A DNA stretch of 64,000 nt from an uncultured Desulfosarcina sp. (GTDB lineage: Bacteria; Desulfobacterota; Desulfobacteria; Desulfobacterales; Desulfosarcinaceae). The stretch is taken from assembly GCA_963674945.2 (NCBI GenBank), contig CAXXWQ010000003.1, positions 64,001-128,000 of the forward strand, given 5' to 3'. The notes below the pieces were generated by a model. The model did no database searches. It was not told the DNA's origin and saw only the letters and a program-made list of their open reading frames with translations. This document shows positions 49,901 through 56,508 of this stretch, piece by piece (position 1 is the first letter of the stretch; every line of letters begins with the position of its first letter). Made by a program: the position numbers and the translations under genes.

Positions 49901-50130
49901 TTGTAGCCGGGGGTAACTTCATCCCATGTAAAAAAAAATCCCAAGTCCATTAACATTTCATTCGTACTGGGGTCATATATCACCATTATAAGATGAAAGT
50001 CTGTAAAATCAGGAGTTTCGGAATGAACTTTTGTGACAAACAGAAAGAGGAATGCGAAAAGGAAAACGGATACCCTTTTTGCTATATCATCTTGGAATGC
50101 TTTCAATTTATCCTCTTGATATATCGCCAA
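46984..50130 (-). CDS. 1048-aa surface protein: N-terminal domain resembling the VPVPA-CTERM protein, five PKD/Ig-like repeats, further Ig/ZU5-like domains, Gly-rich Cys-Phe motif plus TM anchor
   Basis: Five N..P.I..ATASP...LTYTWS...LTVSDGTD repeats; DFGPSG..F..PITI.IPY...HFSLY region; ends GSGDGGSSCFV + hydrophobic helix + basic tail. Start uncertain (TTG). Confidence 0.8.
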   Translation of the reverse strand: MAIYQEDKLKAFQDDIAKRVSVFLFAFLFLFVTKVHSETPDFTDFHLIMVIYDPSTNEMLMDLGFFFTWDEVTPGYNLFYSERDYPLVEQGFGLEDFSAVSDWSQLNATFFSFLSSSSTFGSHMIFATTSKVEPNISKSQMSNFLSSANKMYLNCIDNPQCGIFVGQAAGDNAYHTQMNRGVFPGGFFAGFNRNAETGEVNLAPLAEGQSVTMYLYHNILLDGEFSLNRGPDQSTDYCAALRIDPDGSVILNPPVTNEPPEIKNATASPVSGPGGTAVTLSGTASDGDGDGLTYTWSTDDGLGGFPQASATASFTAPAYVDGGDNVYTFKLTVSDGTDTDTAAVTFTVTASQTNEPPEIKSATASPVSGPGGTAVTLSGTASDGDGDGLTYTWSTGDGLGGFPQASATASFTAPAYVDGGDNVYTFKLTVSDGTDTDTAAVTFTVTQGNTAPVILNATIDPDSGTEGTRVLISGEAIDVDVTDALTYAWSSARPLAGLPTDKQLWSFTAPAFINGGDNEYIITLTVSDGTDSVTQTFTFTVTSENTAPTISSATASPNPAAEGATVTLSGAASDGDGDALTYTWSTEEGVGGFPQTGATASFAAPAYVEGGDNDYTFTLTVSDGTDSAARDVTFTVSQNNTAPVISGITASPNPAVEGTTVTLSGTAGDADGDDLTYIWSTSDDIDDFPKTGVSVTFTAPAYADNGANDYTFTLTVGDGTDTVFRDVNVSVSQAATATPGIIPTVPFNGGTVNTQTPVIGVMVVSEDNKSSIQVEFEVYRDSAITGRVAVGQTTVGKTAWRVDEDLEDETTYYWRARIVNDDSWWTSVFSFTVDLDGSTEPEIMVVEEGIYDLTVPYNTIIKVTDAGSAINGTQVIIPAGALRTTTTISIGEATGLGIPTMDSDLVPVGKVIDFGPSGTWFNMPITINIPYTEAALKAAGGINPAFLMAYTYDKVDRRWETIAVKKVDEENNMLVCEIEHFSLYTIAATNESGRLSGQNNGSGDGGSSCFVGTVGSLPAGTSWIMGFVACLFVAMAVSAIKIIQHQAR
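48793..49366. repeat. Near-perfect intragenic tandem duplication, period 291 bp (97 codons)
   Basis: 48793-49075 versus 49084-49366, about 3 mismatches seen by eye. Confidence 0.9.
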
Positions 50131-50267
50131 TCGGCGGCGTGCCTATTGGTGGAAAAGTGTATTGCATATTATCGTATCGATAATGTTCTCGAGATCGTAT
50201 TGTAACCAAGAATAAAGTAAACCATCATGATAAGGTTATAAGCCTGACGATGAACTGGGCGTCACCT

Positions 50268-50450
50268 TCATTTTTTTAAAATTTCCTCAAACTTCTCTAC
50301 CCGCCCGACATTGCCCTGGGTGTAGTTGATCTTGATGTAACCGGTAAAATTGCTACTCCGTATACTCATCAAGTACTCGAACAGCCTCTTAATCTTTTCA
50401 CCCTGAGGGGACTTTGGTTTTTCAATGACTTTTGCCGGCATATTTGACAT
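50268..50450 (-). CDS. Small protein (60 aa), YezD/DUF2292-like
   Basis: FTGYIKINYTQGNVGRVEKFE resembles the (Y/F)G.(I/V).I....G.V..IE pattern; co-oriented with the locus. Confidence 0.55.
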   Translation of the reverse strand: MSNMPAKVIEKPKSPQGEKIKRLFEYLMSIRSSNFTGYIKINYTQGNVGRVEKFEEILKK

Positions 50451-50683
50451 CTGTTTTCAGAGCTCACGCAATTTTTCAGGTGAAAATCTTTCTCCATGAC
50501 CCGGCCAAAAGCCATTGAAAACTTCTGGTGCGTTTTTTATGTTGATGATGACAGGCCGAGCGCAAGACCGTTTTTTCCCAAATGAAGTGATATATTTAAA
50601 TTCACCTTGTTAGCCGTTCATTAGAAAATGATAAATATTGTGTTTATTTTATATCTATTTGTTTTAACAAGACAAATTGATGT

Positions 50684-50714
50684 AAAACCCGAAACATCGA
50701 TCTGCTCGGGGTTT
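50684..50714 (-). terminator. Intrinsic terminator after the VPLPG-CTERM gene
   Basis: Minus strand CCCGAGCA-GAUCGA-UGUUUCGGG-UUUU, about 30 nt after the stop. Confidence 0.6.
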
Positions 50715-50741
50715 CCGATCCCGATATCCATTGAATGGATT

Positions 50742-51494
50742 TCAATTTGCTCCCGTTCCTCTAAGGCGTTGTCTACCTACCACCAATACCAAACCGCTGG
50801 CGAACATGATCGCCGCACCGGGAAGCGGCACCTCGCTGGTCCGGGAGACGACGGCCACAAGATCGTTAAAATCTGCGTCTCCGATGTTGAGCTCTTCGAA
50901 CCCGATGAGCCACACGTCATTGGTGTCGGCGGTGTAATCGGTGCCGAAGAGCAGATTGAAGTTGCCGAGCAGTTCGTCATCCTCTATGGCAAAGGCCACG
51001 AAGTGGTCCTTGTTTCCCAGGATGTTTTGCGAACGGTCGGCGGACCAGCGCTCCTGGGCCTCGCCGACCCATTCTCGCCGGGTGTCGGCAAAGGTATACC
51101 CGTCCAGCATGGTGAAAGTCGTATCCTGCTGGATGATGGTGTTCCTTACAAAAGCTTCGCTTCCCAGTACCTTCTGGTACCCCGGGTCTCCGGCGCTGCT
51201 GTCTCCGTTCCAGAGGCCCAGTTCTCCTCCCCATCCCGACTCCCGGTAGGTTGCATCCACGCGGAAGGTGTCTCCGGTCTTGCCGAAAACAATATCAGAA
51301 CCATCTTTCAGGTAATAATCAGACATGCTAAGTTCCCACGTGCTGTCCATCGTCTTGGTGCTTCCCTCTGGCACGAACAACTCATTGAAAACCTGGTAAA
51401 GTTCTGCGTTCTCCAGTGTTACACTCATGCTGGCTTGACTTTGGGAGGCAACCAGCAGCAATCCCGACAAAAACAATACGAAAACTCTGTTCAT
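50742..51494 (-). CDS. Second exosortase substrate (VPLPG-CTERM) with DUF4114-like C-terminal motif
   Basis: Signal peptide MNRVFVLF...SQA, IGFEELNIGDADFNDLV, tail SEVPLPGAAIMFASGLVLVVGRQRLR; AAGGAG SD. Confidence 0.85.
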   Translation of the reverse strand: MNRVFVLFLSGLLLVASQSQASMSVTLENAELYQVFNELFVPEGSTKTMDSTWELSMSDYYLKDGSDIVFGKTGDTFRVDATYRESGWGGELGLWNGDSSAGDPGYQKVLGSEAFVRNTIIQQDTTFTMLDGYTFADTRREWVGEAQERWSADRSQNILGNKDHFVAFAIEDDELLGNFNLLFGTDYTADTNDVWLIGFEELNIGDADFNDLVAVVSRTSEVPLPGAAIMFASGLVLVVGRQRLRGTGAN

Positions 51495-51552
51495 TGATTT
51501 TCTCCTTATTATCATTTTCCAAAAAGAGTTGTTTGATAGACAACCTTTTAAT

Positions 51553-51939
51553 TTACGCTGTTTCCTCGCAAGAGACTTTCACCTTGGTAATCCGTTCCAA
51601 TCGCATTTTCTGAAAATCAAACACCTTTGGAACTCGAAAAATCCGATATTCCTTGTCGAAAGACAGTGCCATGCCGCAACCATTGGCACGAATCACATGG
51701 CCACTTAGTTTGATACAGCTGTTGTGGGTCGTTCCGAACAATTCATCGCGCTGAACCAATAACTCGATCGACACCTTTTTTCCAATGGGAAGTTGAAGAT
51801 CGGTCTCTACCAACGCGCCGCCGACACTCACGTTGGAAGTAACCGTCTGGCATTGCACGTTTCCGTTCAAATCGTCCGAAGCAAAGATCAAGCAGGGTAA
51901 TTTCAGGTTGAACCGTCTTTCGGTTCGGCACTCTTCCAT
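51553..51939 (-). CDS. Single-domain PilZ protein
   Basis: RTERR (RxxxR) and NVSVGG (D/NxSxxG) c-di-GMP motifs, G.VIR...GMALSF; AAGGAG SD. Confidence 0.88.
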   Translation of the reverse strand: MEECRTERRFNLKLPCLIFASDDLNGNVQCQTVTSNVSVGGALVETDLQLPIGKKVSIELLVQRDELFGTTHNSCIKLSGHVIRANGCGMALSFDKEYRIFRVPKVFDFQKMRLERITKVKVSCEETA

Positions 51940-52032
51940 GGACGACTCCTTTACCTTTTACGCTTTGTCGATAATTCCGGTTCATCGAAAGTTCAAAAAA
52001 GATGCACGAAGAGCCCTTCGCGGCACTTCCCG

Positions 52033-52252
52033 CGGGTTTTCCGGTCCCAACAAAAAACGATGGTCGGCAAAAATCCCGGGTAAGTTTTCAAAAGGGCTCT
52101 CCGGTCCCGAAAAAAATGCGGTCGGCAAAGGTCCCGTATGGATGTGGAAAAGGGCTTTCCGGTGCCGGATATACCGGTCGGCAAAGGTCCCGGTTGAAAT
52201 CACCCCGGAGTTTTCTGATACCGGCGTGACGCCGGTTGGTAAAAGTTCCGGG
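52033..52252. repeat. Array of four imperfect 40-49 nt hairpin repeats at about 58-nt period
   Basis: Copies at 52033-52078, 52094-52135, 52152-52191 and 52204-52252; consensus GGGYTTTCCGGTnCC-(variable)-GGTCGGCAAARRTCCC; half copy at 52336-52350. Confidence 0.85.
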
Positions 52253-53074
52253 TAGAAATTCGGGGTTGGAGGCAGATATCTCGTCCCAATCTTTGTATTT
52301 GGAGGCCAACAAAGTATCCGTGGTGCTTTTCCGTTGGACTTTCTGGTGCCCCTTTTGTCCAAGATCGACGAAATATCCATCGAATGAGCCTTCAAGGGGT
52401 AATTCGATGTATTGTTTTGGACCTATTAACCATATTTTTATATTCTCCGATATCCCTCGCGAGTGGGTTTGTTTCGCTATTTTTTTGCTTTATTTGGTGC
52501 GATCAAAGGTATGACTATATCAATCGTATAGTTTGAAGATGTGGCGATAGTACGGCGTCATGGGTATGAGATTGGTATGAAAAATATGCGTGGAAAAGGG
52601 GTGAGATAAGTTTGATGGATTATAGGTGAGTGTTATAAAGGTAATACCTTGGGATAGTGCAAAAAGAACGCCTTATGCGATCCCTGCTTGTCGAGGATAT
52701 CAAAATTGCATGATACGATGATCGATTAAAATACAATACTTCCAATAGGGACTGTTTTGCCACTTCCCTGGCCCGGCTGCTGACAAAGGCGGTTATCGGT
52801 GATTAAGAATTCAGCACCGCCGCCGACCTTTGGCCGTTTTGACCGAAAACTGAAACTATGCCATTTTGGCGTAGTTTCATACGAGAAAGCTTTGATCAGA
52901 TATGGATGCAGGATGGATTTTTTAATCAGATTTTCGTTAGAGACTATCACTGAGACGAAAAGCGAGTGGCAGAAGGAGTTGAACAGCCTAAGCTTGAATC
53001 GTTTGATACTTGGCCATTTATCTTTGTCGCTAATTTGTCATTTGGTTCTTGTTTTTTTTGATTTCCCCGATCTC

Positions 53075-53776
53075 TTACATGTATCGCGCCACCCACAATG
53101 TTGCTTCCAGACGGTTTTTCACTTCGATTTTCCTGTAGATGTTGAAAATGTGGCTTTTCACGGTGTTCAGACTGATAAAATATTCGGTGGCGATTTCACT
53201 GTTGGTGGCACCGGCGGCGATAGCGATTAAGATCTCCTTTTCACGTCGGGTCAGTTTGACTTCGGCCGTCACAATACTCGCCCGATAGGCCCGTGAGTCC
53301 ATGAGAATTTCGGAAGTGGTTTTACGGGAATACCACAACTCGCCATTTAATATTTTCTTAATCCCCTTGAGGAAGTACTGTGGCTTCTCATCGGCATAAA
53401 AGACACCGCGAATTCGTTTCTCAATGGCTTGTCGTTCAAAGGCAGCACCGACTTTCGGATCGATATTGAATAGTGCAATGGGCTGATCCAGTGGATTGGG
53501 CACCCCGCCAAGGTTGAGTTTGAACCAGATTGCATTGGCATCCATGGAAAAACTGTCCCATAGGATAAGATCAAAAGGGCAGGCTTCATCGCTGCAGCTC
53601 CAATGTTCCATTATTTCAAAATCGCTGTTTTGTTCCATTCCATCGTTCAATACCGCCTTGAGCAAACAGTTCTGAAAGGCATTTTGGCCGACCAAACCAA
53701 TTCTCCAACGGGCACCATCCGGTTCCAAGGTTTGTTTGTCTTCCATTGTGGCGCGTGTCTCAAATTCTGGCAGCAT
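53075..53776 (-). CDS. LuxR-family regulator with degenerate receiver domain (CsgD/VpsT-like)
   Basis: IRGVFY...GIKKILNGELWYSR linker; HTH LTRREKEIL...GATNSEIA..YFISLNTVKSHIFNIYRKI.V.NR. Confidence 0.88.
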   Translation of the reverse strand: MLPEFETRATMEDKQTLEPDGARWRIGLVGQNAFQNCLLKAVLNDGMEQNSDFEIMEHWSCSDEACPFDLILWDSFSMDANAIWFKLNLGGVPNPLDQPIALFNIDPKVGAAFERQAIEKRIRGVFYADEKPQYFLKGIKKILNGELWYSRKTTSEILMDSRAYRASIVTAEVKLTRREKEILIAIAAGATNSEIATEYFISLNTVKSHIFNIYRKIEVKNRLEATLWVARYM

Positions 53777-53847
53777 AGGTACCTTTCAAAATCGGATGTT
53801 TATGTAAAAGACAATTCACAAAACGTCTGTAACGGGCTTGGGTGATG

Positions 53848-54537
53848 CTATTTCTCAACACCCCGAAAACGGTAGCCAACACCGCGAACCGTTTCGATAT
53901 AGCCGGCGCAAGCTCCCATCTTGCGTCGTAGGTTGACGATGTGCATACCGATACTGGTTACGGCACAATTTTCCCCATGAATCGATTTGGCAATTTCCGA
54001 ACGGTTGAATACCCAGCCGGGTTTTGACATCAGAATTTTGAGCAGTTTGAATTCACTGGCAGTCAGGTGAATGGGTTGGCTTTCAATACAAACCTTGTGC
54101 CTTCGCAAGTCGATGTGCAATCCATTATATCGTATCGTGGTGTCGTTGTTTTTCGGTTTATCAGATCGTGAGCGAAGCACGGCCCGTACACGTGCGGTCA
54201 GGACGACAGGATTGAACGGTTTGGTGATAAAATCAGCGGCCCCTGAATCCAAATACGTTATGATGTCCTGCTCGCTGCTGCTGCCTGAGAGCATCACCAC
54301 CAGAATATGCATCGTATGCATGTTTCCTTTTAGCCGCCTGATTACCGACAACCCATCCATGCCCGGCAATATGGTATCTACGATCAATAGATCAATCGAA
54401 TTCGACTTGACGACTTCCAGTGCCTCTTCCCCGGAATCGACTGCAATTACCTGAAACTTCAACCTGCGAAGGCACTGATAGATCAAATCACGATACACTT
54501 CATCAGCGTCAGCGACCAGTATCAAATCTTTTCCCAT
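53848..54537 (-). CDS. OmpR/PhoB-family response regulator (no adjacent kinase)
   Basis: Receiver (LIVDTILPGMDG, GAADFITKPF) and winged helix (LTASEFKLL, HIVNLRRK, IETVRGVGYRF). Confidence 0.92.
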   Translation of the reverse strand: MGKDLILVADADEVYRDLIYQCLRRLKFQVIAVDSGEEALEVVKSNSIDLLIVDTILPGMDGLSVIRRLKGNMHTMHILVVMLSGSSSEQDIITYLDSGAADFITKPFNPVVLTARVRAVLRSRSDKPKNNDTTIRYNGLHIDLRRHKVCIESQPIHLTASEFKLLKILMSKPGWVFNRSEIAKSIHGENCAVTSIGMHIVNLRRKMGACAGYIETVRGVGYRFRGVEK

Positions 54538-54600
54538 GGATCACCAATCGGAACCTTTATGAAGTAACGCCAACAGATACCAGTGCGATGATAAGATTTG

Positions 54601-54617
54601 GTTAGAAACTTGTTAGA
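54601..54617. promoter_or_regulatory. Possible OmpR/PhoB-type direct-repeat binding site (autoregulation)
   Basis: GTTAGA-N5-GTTAGA (11-bp period) about 65 bp upstream of the regulator start. Confidence 0.35.
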
Positions 54618-55693
54618 AAAAAATAAAGGAACCAAACTTTGAAAGGAACATTGATTGGTTGTGTTAAAATCGGGTTTGATCCCCGCTACAACCCGAACGA
54701 TGGAGGTGCTGACGTGCTTTTAGATTTGCGTTTCGACAATCGTGAGATGTGTCAGTGAACTGAATGGTTGGATAACATTCCGTGTTGAATTATCCGTTGA
54801 GTAGTCCGATGGTTGATATGCCATGTGAGGACTCTAATTTGGAACGATGTTTTCTCTAAAAAGATACGCAAAAAAAGAGAAATTACCTCTCTCATCAGCC
54901 GTCCGATCAAGTTTAAAATTATCAAATGTTGAAGGTTATCCTCGCTTTCTGCCGCTGAAAATCGCTGTCAACCTTCCCGGTTTCTGAACTTTTTACATGA
55001 GGATTTCTTAAAACGCTCTTTCTGGCCCTAAAAACATCGATTCAAGGCCTGAAAACGGCCCTGTTTTTAACATAACCCCTCGATTTTTTGACGTTCTGCT
55101 TGGTCCGACCCTCGGTCGGCTTTTTTGATCCTTTTTTCAATTTTCTCTACTTCTTCCTCAAATGACTATCTGTCTTTATCTCATTCAGAAACCGCGACAG
55201 CATAGGCGACGATAGCGAAAAAGACATCTTTCTCGCACCTGCGGCAAGCCCCCCAGCTCGACTGGAGCAACTTAGGGTCTTTTTTGTCAATAGTTTATTA
55301 TTTGACCTTGTTGAGAATTAGAGGGACATATTTAACTCACACACTTTCCGCAAATTTTGGCAATCAGATGTCATAATAATCACGCCGAAAATGATGATAT
55401 ATCCGTTAAAACATAATCGCTGCTTTTACGTGCTGGCATTGTACAATTAACATGAACGTCATTATACTTGACACGTTACATATTGCCTCCTACGCTGAAT
55501 TGATTGGCTTTGAAACCTCTAAAATCCATAGGAATGGCATGGCAAAAATAATAAAGGACATCTTCAGATATTTCGGTGGTGATGAGACGGCCAAGAAAAA
55601 ACCATCTGAAAAGAAATCTGCAAGGGGAAAGACTTCGAAGAAGAAATCCACTGTGAAGAACAAATAACCTGAATCTAAGCGGATAGGCACATT

Positions 55694-56011
55694 TTAAGTG
55701 GCTCTATAAAAATCTACATCATGATCCTGTTCAGCAAGCATGTACAATATCGACTCAATATTTGATGCAGGACCGCTTATATCGAATGTGCAGTCTTCAA
55801 ATCGGATATCGCCTTTTAACTCAAAAAATCCGAGTTTAACAAAGATGCGACAATTCTGGAACTTTCAATCATTAAACGATCTGCCATCAAGATAGACATC
55901 ATTCCCTACAAAGGTGTGATACTTAATTTGGTTTGGCTCCAATTTTTCCATTTCAATCAGCATGTCATTTATTCTTTGATCTGGCTTTGTTACTATATCA
56001 ATAGGTGTCAT
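55694..56011 (-). pseudogene. 105-codon ORF interrupted by an in-frame TGA at codon 49
   Basis: Manual translation MTPID...VYLDGRSFND*KFQNCRIFV...IRFEDCTFD...YRAT; AAAGGA SD; absent from the ORF track. Confidence 0.6.
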
Positions 56012-56508
56012 GACGAATTCCTTTCATTGAGGTCATTAAAAATTAATCGTCACCATTCTTGATTGGATAGTATGCTTACACCCTGTCTTGATTCATATTA
56101 TCGTTGCATTACACCACCTTTTAGAACCTTCGATGGTTGAAAATTGCTATGATACCAAATGATCCACTGATTTCATTTGAAAATCATATGGAAAGCAAAA
56201 ATAGGATGGAGCAAATCCAATCATTATGGTTTTAAAATAATTTTATGGAAAATCGAAATTGAAAAAATCATTACAAGAAAAGAGAGAGCTGAAACTACGT
56301 ATGATACGAGAAGATATTAAAAGATTACAAGAACAGCGTGAAAGAGCGCCGGAACCGCCTATCTTATTATATCCACCACAAGAGCGGGATGAACCAGTTC
56401 ACCACCCGGAGGGAGTTCTACCGATTCAAAAAAAATAATTTAAAATAATAAAATTAGAACTTCTTATCCACCCTTTCTTAATGGTGAAGTCCACCATCGG
56501 GTCTATCT

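Noticed and set aside
52033..52252. Possible CRISPR array or integron attC array
   Set aside because: Units are non-identical with variable interiors, linkers are only about 12-16 nt, there are no RYYYAAC/GTTRRRY ends, and no cas or intI gene is in the window.
51833..52514. Several overlapping 60-140 aa ORFs across the hairpin array
   Set aside because: Present in multiple frames on both strands with no recognisable domains; best explained by GC-rich repeats.
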